From NCBI RefSeq assembly GCF_006345805.1, contig NC_043011.1, positions 61,268,464-61,332,463 of the forward strand: DNA of 64,000 nucleotides, given 5' to 3'. The notes below the pieces were generated by a model that did not search any database, was not told the origin of the DNA, and saw only the letters and a list, made by a program, of their open reading frames with translations. Position 1 is the stretch's first letter, and every line of letters begins with the position of its first letter. This document shows positions 51,994-64,000 of this stretch, in pieces. Made by a program: the position numbers and the translations under genes. The DNA comes from Octopus sinensis (Eukaryota).

Positions 51994-52975
51994 AAGTCAA
52001 CGACTATCGAAGAGTTTGCAAACGGTGATGCTGCTGGTGATTGAACTATTGATGATGGTAGCAGCAGTGGAAGCGATAATGATGTTGATGACAGTGGTTT
52101 GGGGGGTGTTATTGTTGTTGTTGGTGGTGGTGGTGGTTGTGATGATGTTGCTGTTGTTGGTGGTAATGTCGACACATCGTTGCTACGGTCGTTGACATTG
52201 TTATTGGGAAAGTTTACCGCTAATGCTGCTGCTGCTGATGATGATGGTGGTGATCATTGTATTGTCGATATCGTTATTTTATCTTCAGATCGGCTTTGAT
52301 CGAGCAGAATTATGGTCAATGAACTTCCAACCATGGCCATCCTATACTTTATATAATAGGATTTATATGTGTCTGTGTATGTGTGAGCGTATGTGTTCCT
52401 GTCAATCTGTGTAAATGTTGTGTGTGTACGTCTATGTGTGATTGTGTGGTGTTTGTGATTTTGTGTATGTTCGTAAGGATATACATCCAAATATCTTTCC
52501 TCTTTTCCCACTTCTCCGGCAACTCACAAACAAAACTTTGGCCAATGTCAAAACTGAAGACAAAAGAAATAGAGACAAATAAAAATCACATCCAGCCGAC
52601 AAGTTCAGTGGAATTTTTGTTATTTTCCACCTTCGAGGCCAGCATCTTCATTCACGAATACGCTCCACGGGCTAGAAACCGCAGCCACATCAGCTTCTAA
52701 TTGCATATATAGTCTGAAAAAAGAACGAAACTGTGGAAAATATGATTCTAGACACATTTTATTTGGAAAAGGTTATCGCTGAAATTTCTTTGATGATATT
52801 TACGACTACGAAAAGCTGAGCCAGGGTTAAAAGAAATGAGAGAATTCCTAGAATCACGAGGCAACAAGTCGTATGACAACTCAGTATTCTCCTCAACGTC
52901 AGCGACATATATGAATTGGTATTGTGCAAAAGGGCTCCAGTATTGCGTCCTTTTGAAAATATGGCAAGTGACATA

Positions 52976-53210
52976 CAGTAATCACTCACTATATCGCGGT
53001 TCACCAATCGCTCACTCAATACATCGCGGTTCACCTATAGCACACGCTATAGATTGTGGATTTTTCTGGCTTATATATGGAAATTTATATCGCGGATTCC
53101 TCTGTATATCGCGGGTTTCTGCGGCTGATAGGTATTTATATTTTTTAGATTCTAATTATTTCTGTGGGAGGTTTTCGAACGTAACACCCGCGATAGTCGA
53201 TAGATTATTG
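52976..53210. mobile_element. Tigger/pogo-like (Tc1/mariner superfamily) MITE with TA TSD
   Basis: TA|CAGTAATCACTCACTATATCGCGG ... CCGCGATAGTCGATAGATTATTG|TA. Confidence 0.82.
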
Positions 53211-54489
53211 TAATTCATAATATTAACCGTGAATTAGTTCGGTTAGTTAAAACAACGGCCTATATAAGGTTCTACGAATCTGAGGACAATTACAATAAAT
53301 TCGATTGGTGTCTTGGGCAAATAGGATTTTCAATAACCTCGTACTACCACATACTTTGTGATTGAAAGTTGGAAGACGGAAACTATAAGAAGCTCCTCGG
53401 CTGGATTGTTATTTGTATTCATTTCATATATTACAGCCTTGCAAGACACTGTGCCACACTGATTCATTCTTAGAATTTTGTTAAAGATACACATTAAATC
53501 TGTAGCAGTAACTGAATTGATTTTAGGACGAATCCCCGTTACCAAACAGTGGAGATCCATCCCATCTCCACCACAACCACCTCCTCTTCTACATCCTCCT
53601 CCACCTGTTCACAACAATACTCACACATTCACAGGAAATCAATTATAAACTCTACCTGCATGCTAAACTTGCTAAACAATATTTCAATGCAAGAATTTGA
53701 CATCATATTAAAGCAATTTGTGTGTACGCCTAATACAGATTCAAGAGAAGAAAGCTGATGTTTTGAAAAATATCATCCCCCCACCCACGATACGGGTATA
53801 TTCCTGTGAGACGTAGAGCAAACGTCTCATATCGATTAACTGGGCGAATCATTGACAAGGAAAAACACTTAAGAATATCGCTGATGCGAACTGGAAATAA
53901 AATAAAACGCTTACGCGGAAGGAACCAAGGAAGATGTATTGAAAGCTACGGATTTGGAAGAATGAAAAAGGAAAAGAAGGAAAACGAAGGAAAGAAGACT
54001 AAATTTTGTGCAGATTTTCAGATCAGCTTCTTTGCATTACAGAATAAAACCATTATTGTTACAGAAAGGAAATTGTTTATTTACGGCAGGCTGCCCTAAA
54101 CGATGTAATGTGAATGTTTTCTGCGAGCGCCATAAACAGCATTTTCAATATTTCACTGTTTTCCTTGTATATGCGATATGTTCCTGCTATTCAGGAACGC
54201 AAAACTAATGGTTGTGGCTGAACTCATTCTACCCTCGGAGGATAGAATTGAAATTTCTCGCAAACTGAAGAAATCCAGATATCATGACATGACCTATAAA
54301 ACTCTTGTCAAAGGATGGCAAACTGTCTCATACTGAAACCGGCTCTCAGAGTTTCTTCAGCAAGATCGGTGCACTATTTCCTGACGAAGATCGGTTCCAA
54401 ACGCAAACAACTGAAAAGGCTACCAAGAAGGTAACCATGGCAGCTGAAATCAGCTCAGGAAGGTTGAGGTTGACAGGAGACCTCCGTTG

Positions 54490-54897
54490 GAATCCTTGAG
54501 CAAGTTACTTCACCTCATGTTGTTCCATTCCACTCAGCTGGTAAAAATGAGTCATACATGTGATTCAAAGGGTCAGTCTTGTCACATTCTGAGTTCAAAT
54601 TCCGCCGCGGTCGACTTTGCCTTTCATCATTTCGGGGTCGATTAAATAAGTACCAGTTATGCACTGGGGTTGATGTAATCGACTTAATCCCTTTGTCTGT
54701 CCTTGTTTGTACCCTCTGTGTTTAGCCCCTTGTGGGCAATAAAGAAACACATACATACGACGGGTTTATTTCAGTTTCCGTCTAACAAATCCACTCACAA
54801 AGCTACAGTTGAAGACACTCGCTCAAGGTGGCACGCAGTGTAACTGAACCCAGATCCATCAGGTTACGAAGCAAATTTCTTACCATATAACCATGCC
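54490..54897. mobile_element. SINE cluster: CORE-like fragment (+), family A body (+, 54585-54748), family B fragment (-, 54755-54897)
   Basis: ccttgagcaagttacttcacctc...; gagttcaaattccgccgcggtcgac...gtgggcaataaagaaa; cagtttccgtctaacaaatccactcac. Confidence 0.75.
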
Positions 54898-55476
54898 TGA
54901 AAGCTCTGCACTATGTACCGTCGTCCTCTCTTTCATGTTCCTTCCGTTGACATCCACTTGAAAGCAGTTTTACAATGGCACCGTTCCGTCTGCTTAATCT
55001 CTGACCAGAAGGAATCGGTTGTGACTAGGACGTCGGCTAACATAATTCTCATCGATCGACGGCTAAAGAACAACATCAACAACAGCAATAACAACAACAT
55101 CAACAAGAGCAACAACAACAAATCAATGAAAGTTACCACTCCCACCAATACCAGCCGCACCGTCATTTTTATTCTCTGTTGCTACGATACGAAATAAGCA
55201 TTAAAAAAACAAAAACAAACAAAACCGACACGTGCCAGTATAGGTAATTTGGAAGCAGGCGACAACGAACGAAGATGGAGAACCAAACGTATCGTGAAGT
55301 TTAATTGCACCAAAATAAAACAACCTTTCACTTCTTCAAATTAATCTTCCGAACATTTTACATACATACATACATACATACACATACACACACGCACGCA
55401 CGCACGCACACACACACACACACATATATGCATGCATATTTACACATACACATATCTGTCTGACTCACTCAGACTC

Positions 55477-55486
55477 TGTCAGTCTA

Positions 55487-55546
<60 letters not shown>

Positions 55547-55550
55547 CCGG

Positions 55551-55587
<37 letters not shown>

Positions 55588-56103
55588 TTATCTATCTGCA
55601 TAATTATCTATAAATTTTTATTTGTATTTATTGTGACTGTTTCCCTACTGACCCAAGTGTTGATAGCTTCACGTATGTTTTCTCAAAATTCAGACAAGTA
55701 TTAAGAATAAAGAACATCAGTTGAATTATATTCTTCACACAGTATTGCACGCATATACAGCATCATTCTATGTTAACCTCATTAGGCTGTAAACATGACT
55801 TCTTGCGTGGGCGCAAGTTCATGAACGTTCACTTCCGCGAACGGTTATTGCGTTCAATCCCATTGTTTGACATCTTTGGAAAGAGTACGCGACTGCAGCT
55901 GTGGTTCTCAACCACTTTTCTACATACTGACCTCTTTTAGACATATTCTATTCAGTTGGATACTCATAGTCATCCGATATTTAAAATATTCCGTTTATAC
56001 TTTTATAATTAAATATTAAGAATAATTGTATAAAAATTTTGCTAAAATATTTCGTGCATTATAGAAGCCTAACAATTTGTTTATCTATCTATCTATTTGT
56101 CAG

Positions 56104-56159
<56 letters not shown>

Positions 56160-56163
56160 CCGG

Positions 56164-56224
<61 letters not shown>

Positions 56225-56720
56225 TTATCTATCTGCATAATTATCTATAAATTTTTATTTGTATTTATTGTGACTGTTTCCCTACTGACCCAAGTGTTGA
56301 TAGCTTCACGTATGTTTTCTCAAAATTCAGACAAGTAATTAAGAATAAAGAACATCAGTTGAATTATATTCTTCACACAGTATTGCACGCATTATACAGC
56401 ATCATTCTATGTTAACCTCATTAGGCTGTAAACATGACTTCTTGCGTGGGCGCCAAGTTCATGAACGTTCACTTGCGCGAACGGTTATTGCGTTCAATCC
56501 CATTGTTTGACATCTTTGGAAAGAGTACGCGACTGCAGCTGTGGTTCTCAACCACTTTTCTACATACTGACCTCTTTTAGACATATTCTATTCAGTTGGA
56601 TACTCATAGTCATCCGATATTTAAAATATTCCGTTTATACTTTTATAATTAAATATTAAGAATAATTGTATAAAAATTTTGCTAAAATATTTCGTGCATT
56701 ATAGAAGCCTAACAATTTGT
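55477..56720. repeat. About 640-bp near-identical tandem duplication
   Basis: aacaatttgt ends both copies (56080 and 56720); the internal (ctat)n-accggt-(ctat)n block is also repeated. Confidence 0.95.
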
Positions 56721-56775
56721 AGCTCATATATTTTAACAACAGAATCTTATATGGATCCTCGGTTGAGCACCATTG
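56539..56775. mobile_element. hAT-like MITE (truncated copy at about 55897-56080)
   Basis: ctgtggttctcaacc ... ggttgagcaccattg, imperfect CAGTGGTTCTCAACC-type TIRs; no clean 8-bp TSD. Confidence 0.55.
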
Positions 56776-57121
56776 GAGTATAACATCGGGTCCGTCAAAG
56801 TCATGTCAATTTACTTTTGGTTGACGGGGTCTCTGGAAGAGAACGGTTTTGTTCTTAGGTTTGGGGACTAGAATTAAACTTCTACTCAGTTTACCCAACA
56901 CGACCTGGGCAGGCTATACATTTAGGAGAGTATATTCTGTTGGAAACATTCCAGCAATGGTTTCCGCTCATGCGGCTATGGCACCTCTTTCTGCCATCAG
57001 AGCTGAAACATGTCATGGCTTTCCCTGTTGGTTATTTATTCATGGCCGCAAGCATCGGCAATTATAGATCCCCGTGTCCTCTTGCTCCACACGCAAAGCT
57101 ATTATTGTCTGATCTATGTCC

Positions 57122-57330
57122 TTTCTGCTATAGGTAAAAAGACTGAAAATTTGTGGAAGGGTATTAATCGATTACATCGTTCCCAGAACTGCAAATGGTA
57201 CTTACTTTATCGACCTTGAAAAGCTGAACAGAATCACTGACCTCGGCTGAACCTGAACTCGGATCATAAAGACGGACGAAACGCCGCTTAACAGTTTCCC
57301 AGTGTGCAAAAGATTCTGCCAGCTCGCCAC
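57122..57330 (-). mobile_element. SINE family A, degenerate
   Basis: tggtacttactttatcgacc...aaagacggacgaaacgccgctt...gattctgccagctcgcc. Confidence 0.7.
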
Positions 57331-58641
57331 TTTCATCATCTGCATTTTACAAAGTGTGACATGTTTTTACTTGAGAAAGATACAATTGTAGTTTCCTTCT
57401 TACTTCCAACTGGCTTTCCAACAGTTTCCGTTGCTAGTTTCCTGCTCTCTCAATTTTATTATTGAATCACAGGACATATTTAACCCTTTGGCAAATGGAT
57501 TTGATCCCTTGACATCAGATGCATACATAGATGATGAGCTTATGTGATACATGTCCAGTCGCCAAACATTCTGGTGCACCCTGTCCTCCTGTGCCACACA
57601 AATTTATCCATATTTGTGTTACATAGGTTTTTTGATGATACATGACTTTTAATTTGGGAACGGCGATACAGCTGTTGTTTATTTACGATTTTTTCTACCC
57701 GTCTCCTACACTCACGAGCGTACCCTTAAGGCACAAAGCGTATTAAGCCTTCAGACAGGAGGACTAAAACGCAGGACCTCACGGTACAACGAGACAACGG
57801 TTGGCTTCTGCAACAACTATCTAAGGGCCAATCACGCTGGGAGTCCTATATATCATAGCCTATATCTCTTAACCACAAAGTTTTCCTTTATTCTATGCCA
57901 TTAAAAAAAGTATTTTATTTTTAAGATGAAAAGGAATAAGTAATCAGTTTTATTTTTGAATCATAGTCATTTCGTCGCCACTTAAGTAGATAAAACACTT
58001 AAGAAAAAGCATCAACATCACACAATCAATAACTATTCTTTATATTCGAATATCATGATATGATTCGATATTTCAATTCTTTCTTTTAACTGCTTTCATT
58101 CATTAGGCTGCGGTCATGCTGGAACACATCCCCCAGATTATATCGATCTCAGTACTTAGTGAAACTCATAATTTATTGATCCTAGTTTATTGAATGGATT
58201 AATCTGCATTTGACGCAAACGAATCTAACACAAGACTGTACTTTACTGTTTTACAACGATTTATACACACAACGCACAAGTGGATCTTCGTCGATTTCGA
58301 CGGTGAATATTATGTTTGAATTATCAACTGCACAATATATTAATTGCATTAAGTAGTAAATATGCCTCAGTATTCCACGGACGGATGTACATTATACGCA
58401 GTCTTCGTGTAAAATCGGCGTGGATCTGTTGGGAAAGGCCGGCATTTTAAAGTCCAGGTAAAGTTCATCTGACGTGAAGATACGTTGTAGGATCTCATCA
58501 GGTATCACATAATTGTGATGCGAATTTCTTATGTATTCGGTCACAGCTGTAATTCTCACACCTTCACAATCACCTCCACACATTTATGTGTATATAGACA
58601 AATAGAAAAGAAAATGAATATACAATTCTATATAAAAAGAC

Positions 58642-58693
<52 letters not shown>

Positions 58694-60027
58694 GCATGTA
58701 TGTCTGTGTGTGTAATATAGATATTATGTAAATATATTGTGTGTGCACGTGTGTGTATGTGCACGTCTTTTTTTTTGTCTGTGTTTTCCCTCTGCCACAA
58801 TTTGCCAACCGCTGCTGTTTTTTTTTCTAACTTTTACTTGTACATGCGGTGGCATATACCTGGTGTAGGTTGAGCCGGCTAAGACCCTCGAGTTTACTAC
58901 ATTCGACGGTCAGCAACAATCAAAACTGTAATAGATAGCCATACCCGGTTCCACTACCGAAGTTTATAGAGGCGGGGGCCCGATTGCACTTCCACGACCG
59001 TCTTTACAATCGTCAGCCACGACTACTGTTTTCCTCTAGCTTGTTGATTTCTTCACGTGCACATAACCTGCTTGTTTCTCAAGACAGAACAATAATATAA
59101 GTATGAGGCTAAAACTGTACGTACTGGGGTCAAATTGTTCCACTAAACCCTTCAATCCAGTGACTAAAACTAGTAAAAGATAAGTTATCCTTTAACGGTT
59201 TTGATATCGTTTCCTTCTTTGATTTGTTTCGGAATAATATTAAACAGTGAGGGAAATAGCTGTGTTGCAATGTGGTTAGGCCTTCTTCGCCTATTTCACT
59301 TTGAAGGCACCTGCCACGGAAAATCATCTTTTGAACAACGCTGGTGCTATATTTTCCCCATTGCGAAAACTGAGCACCGCTCTCGATGGCGCTGAGGGGA
59401 AAGAATAAATAGCCTCATATGTTTTCATGACAAGCGGCCAAAGAATATAAATTGCCTCAATTTCCGACAGGAAAAGGTTAAATTGAAAACATTCCACTTA
59501 CGTCTATCATTTATGAGATGTTGATTATGTAAGTGAATATCATAAGATATATTAAAACATTCGTAGACGAGAGAACAAAGTTCTATTTTTCTCATTTTCA
59601 GACTCTGCGTCTCCTGAAAATTCCTCATTAATGGCACTGGACCATCTGTCTGCGTGCTGAGTGAAAGGAATGAATTTCTGTGTTTTGGAACAACATTTGG
59701 TGCCGACGAAACTGAATTAGATCTCGAATATGTATCATGCCGGATGATTGAAGATCGAACCACTTAGACGGTGGCGGCTTGGTTGTGGGGGAGGATGTTT
59801 TTTTTGTTTGTTTTTTTGGTTGGCTGGTTATTTGATATTGGCTAGCGACACATCAATAAACATCAAAGATATCGTCTGTTTCCGAGTGAGTATGTGTGTG
59901 TGTGTGTGTGTGTGTATGCAAGTGTTTGTATGTGTGCATATATATATATATATTGACATTTCGACTTATATATAGATATACACATACATGGTTATACGCA
60001 CACACAGGCATATATTAATATATACAC

Positions 60028-60099
<72 letters not shown>

Positions 60100-60199
60100 G
60101 GTATATATGCATGTGTGTAGATATATATAACCTGTATATATGCACATATGCACATACATGGTTGAGAGTGTTTATATATTCGTATGTATAAATTTGTAC

Positions 60200-60271
<72 letters not shown>

Positions 60272-60740
60272 ATGTATGTATTTATGTATGTATGTATGTG
60301 TATATATATATTTATATATAAACGTATGTGTGTGTATGTATGTATGTGCACATGTATGTATAGATTTATACATTCATTATTGACAAAAAAAATGCTAATA
60401 GGAATTCTTAAAAACACAGTTATTTGCAATGTCTTCGTATGACTCTAGGAAAGAAATGATGAAAGTAAACCTGAAAATAATAAAAATAAATAAGTAGATA
60501 AATAAAGAAGGAAATAAAGAAAGATAAAATGAAAGAAAGAAAGAAACAGAGACAGACAGAAAGAAAAGAAGGAAGAAACAAATAAAGTTTCAAAAAGCAA
60601 TCAGTAAATGAAAACGAAAAGACGGAATACGGAAACGATACAGATGGGTGTTGGCCATTGAAATATACTTAAGCAAATAATCTCATGCACAAATACTTAT
60701 ACAGAGAGACACTTATTCATACATGCATATATGTGTGCGA

Positions 60741-60780
<40 letters not shown>

Positions 60781-60906
60781 ACGTATGTATATCTACATAC
60801 ATACACATACAGACTATATATCGATATAAAACCTAATATTGTGTGTTGGAGTGAGCACATATACATATACATACATACGTACGTACATTCATACATACAT
60901 AGATAC

Positions 60907-60939
<33 letters not shown>

Positions 60940-61278
60940 TATATATCCATGTATGTATATCAATGTAAGAAAGATGTATATGAATGCATAACCTATATAA
61001 ACAGGGTAAATTCAACTATTTCTCCATAAGATGAAAAAGAAATGAACAGACTTAATCGATTTTCGATCCTAATTATGTTCTCATCAGACTTAACTCCATC
61101 ACTTTGGCCAATCCCAGAGAAATAAGAGGCCAATTTGTTTAGTATACTCAACAAACGCAGTGGTTACAGTTTGAGCTATCAATTTTCTTATCGTATGTTT
61201 TGATACTTTATTTAATATCTGCGACCCTTCAACGGGAATCCCAGTAGCAATTTATGACGTAACATATGCGTGGCTTAC

Positions 61279-62050
61279 GTGGCCAGCTGGCAGGATCGTT
61301 AGCACGCCGGGCGAAATGCTTAGCGGTATTTCGTCTGCGTTACGTTGTGAGTTCAAATTCCGCCGAGGTCGACTTTGCCTTTCATCCTTTCGGGGTCGAT
61401 AAATTAAGTACCAGTTACGCACTGGGGTCGATGTAATCGACTTAATACCTATGTCTGTCCTTGTTTGTCCACTCTGAGTTTAGCCCCTTGTGGGTAATAA
61501 AGAAATAGGTATTTCGCGTGCCGCAACGTTCTGAGTTCAAATTCCGCCGAAGTCGACTTTGCCTTTTATCCTTTCGGGGTCGATAAATTAAGTACCAGTT
61601 ACACCCTGGGGTCAATGTAATCGACTTAATCCGTTTGTCTGTCATTGTTTGTTCCCTCTGTGTTTAGCCCCTTGTGGATAGTAAAGAAATAGGTATTTCG
61701 TCTGTCGCTGCGTTCTGAGTTCAAATCCCGCTGAGGTCGACTTTGCCTTTCATTCTTTCGAGGTCGGGGATCGATGTAATCGACTTACCCCTTCCCCCAA
61801 AATTTCAGGCCTTGTGCTTATAGTAGAAATGATTATTAATAAAGAAATAAGAAACGTCAACACACCGGGTGAAATGCTTAATGGTATTTTGTCTGTCGCT
61901 ACGTTCTGAGTTCAAATTCTGGTGAGGACTACTGTGCCTTTCATCCTTTCAAGGTCGATAAATTAAGTACTAGTTGCGTACTGGGGTCGATCTAATCCAC
62001 TGCTCCCCGCCAAAAAATAAATTTCAGACCTTGTACCTAGAGTACAAAAG
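61279..62050 (+). mobile_element. Head-to-tail array of four SINE family A units
   Basis: ggtatttcg at 61325, 61508 and 61692 (periods 183 and 184); a fourth copy with its own partial head at about 61850-62050. Confidence 0.9.
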
Positions 62051-62055
62051 AATAT

Positions 62056-62352
62056 ATGCGTGGCTTTGTGGTTAGAGATATTCGGCTCATGATCGTAAAG
62101 CCGAGAGTTCGATTACCAACGGTGCGATTTGTCCTTGAGCAAGACATTTTATTTTACACTGCTCCAGTCCACTCAGCAGATATAAATGAGAAGTATTTGT
62201 TTTTCAAAGGGGTCAGTCTTGTCCCATCCTGTGTGACGCTGAATCTCCCCCAGAACTGCGTTAAGGGGACCCGTGTCTGTGTAGAGATCATCCACTTGCA
62301 CGATAATTACATTGAGACAACTGGAACTGTCTTCGTCCCAACCGACGTCGTG
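62056..62352 (+). mobile_element. SINE with CORE-like middle and family-C-type tail
   Basis: gtggttagagatattcggctcatgatc...gagttcgattacc...gtccttgagcaagacatttt...cttgtcccatcctgtgtgacgctgaatctcccc...caactggaac. Confidence 0.7.
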
Positions 62353-62399
62353 TTTATAAATAAGGCAAAATTAATCATTCCTCCGTAAATTGACTAAAT

Positions 62400-62690
62400 G
62401 GAGTGGCTGTGTGGTAAGTAGCATACTTTTGAACCACATGAATCCGGGTTCAGTCCCACTGCGTGGCACCTTGGGCAAGTGTCATTTACTATAGCCTCAG
62501 GTAAACGAAAATCTTGTATATATGCTTGTGTGTCTTTGTTTGTCATCCCATCATCGCTGGACAAGTTCAAATCCCGCTGTTTGCACACCCGTAACTTAGC
62601 AGGTTCGGCAAAAGAGACCGACAGAATGTGTACTAGGCTTACAAAGAATAAGACCAGGGTCGATTTGTTCGACTAAAGGCCGCAGTCAAA
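62400..62690 (+). mobile_element. SINE family B
   Basis: ggagtggctgtgtggtaagtagc...ccgggttcagtcccactgcgtggcaccttgggcaagtg...gactaaaggccgcagtcaaa. Confidence 0.88.
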
Positions 62691-63060
62691 TTCTTTTATT
62701 CTTTTACTTGTCTCAATCATTTGACTGCGGCTATGCTGAAGCAGCGCCTTTAGTCGAAAACATCGACCGCTAAGTTACAGGGCGTAAACACATCAACATC
62801 TGTTGTCAAGCGATCATGGAGGGACAAACACGGACACAAACCTATACATACATACATACATACATACATACATACATACATACATACATACATACATACA
62901 TACATGCATACATACATACATATATATATACATATATACGACGGGCTCTTTTCAGTTTCCCTCTACCAAATCCACTCACAAGGCTTTGGTCGTCCCGAGG
63001 CTATAGTAGAAAACGCTTAACCAGATTTCACGCAGTGGAACTGAACCCGGGACCATGTCG
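62691..63060 (-). mobile_element. SINE family B, inverted tail-to-tail with the previous copy
   Basis: atttgactgcggctatgctg...cctttagtcg...ccaaatccactcacaagg...gaactgaacccgggaccatg. Confidence 0.85.
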
Positions 63061-63309
63061 ACAGGCATAGAGATATGTATGTATACACGTATGCTTGTAT
63101 GCCTATATATACAAACATGTTGGCTGCCCCCTCGTTATCGAGTATGGCCATTGTACGAATCTTAATCAATGTTGTTATCGTGCAATGCCTGTGCAAGAAG
63201 ATTTTTTTAAAGTGAAGAAAGGCTGTGCACTGAGTCAATCCCACTCACTAAGCAACAGCAGCCATAATCCGAAAAGAAAAAGTCAACATCATCGGTAACC
63301 ACTGAGCCG

Positions 63310-63665
63310 CAGGTTTTATGTTGAAGTTATCCTAGTTACCTGAGTTACCTTCTCCTAGAAGGATGCCCTAACAAAGGCTAGGAGTCCTTCACTCCCAATG
63401 GTTTAACCGCGCGATCGGGTATTCAGTCCAATTATTTCTATGTCCCCGCGCATGATACAGCCTTAATACATTTATTGGATGGCCGTTGACTCTCAAGAGT
63501 TCCTCCGCTCTTTGACAGGGTTTTGTATTTTATCCCGCAGAGTGTCCAATAAACACCCTCCTCAACAAGCAAGCTTGGTGGAGTTGCCGGTTTAGTCGCC
63601 GACGACTCGACCATGCAAGAGGTTGTACTGGGTTACATGTTACCAGTAACACTCGAAAGTGGCCT
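63310..63665. mobile_element. Unclassified interspersed repeat, possibly RTE-related
   Basis: ttaccttctcctagaaggatgcc...ggagttgccggtttagtcgccgacgactcgaccatgc...; resemblance from memory only, single copy in this window. Confidence 0.3.
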
Positions 63666-63965
63666 GACATAATATACAAACATATATATATTATTACATA
63701 CACAGATTGTAATACAGACAGACAACTCGACAGACAGGCAGACAGACAGGTAGATGGATATTGTTGACGTCATACGAAATTCAACTCTCCAGAGAAGGTG
63801 AAGTTATTTTTCTCGGGACAAAGGATCTCGAAACGCATAAAGCTATGTATAATGTCATGTATATAATGTGTGTATGTGCGTATATTTATATATATACATA
63901 TATATGTGTGTGTGTATCTATATACCTATAAATGTATATGTGTATATTTAGTATATTTGCATATA

Positions 63966-64000
<35 letters not shown>

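Noticed and set aside
56800-57070. Possible L1/Tx1 endonuclease remnant (TLLNV*PA) or small ORFs
   Set aside because: The motif match is too short and interrupted by stops

Overview
Repeat-dense, AT-rich eukaryotic DNA, most likely an octopus (coleoid cephalopod) intron or intergenic region. This is an inference from three or four recurring tRNA-derived SINE families of octopus type and very dense (AT)n/(ATAC)n/(CTAT)n/(AAT)n microsatellites. I cannot identify a host gene; most listed ORFs are microsatellite translations (YIYIY, LSIY, poly-L/S). The only long coding unit is a near full-length CR1-group LINE on the minus strand (about 3689-8310). Its ORF1 has an in-frame 291-bp duplication and one stop, and its APE-RT ORF2 has four frameshifts. 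Other elements: R4/Dong-like RLE LINE fragments (one at a (TAA)n tract), older CR1/L2 fragments, a Penelope-like RT fragment, hammerhead-ribozyme-like motifs (one canonical at 39076-39168, three sharing a CCGAYGA core), non-autonomous Helitrons (one tandem pair, one palindromic double-CTAG end), a DINE-1-like element, mariner/Tigger/hAT MITEs, tandem and inverted SINE arrays, and several fold-backs. A few candidate exons are low confidence. All calls were made by eye, with no database search; repeat boundaries are approximate unless termini are quoted.
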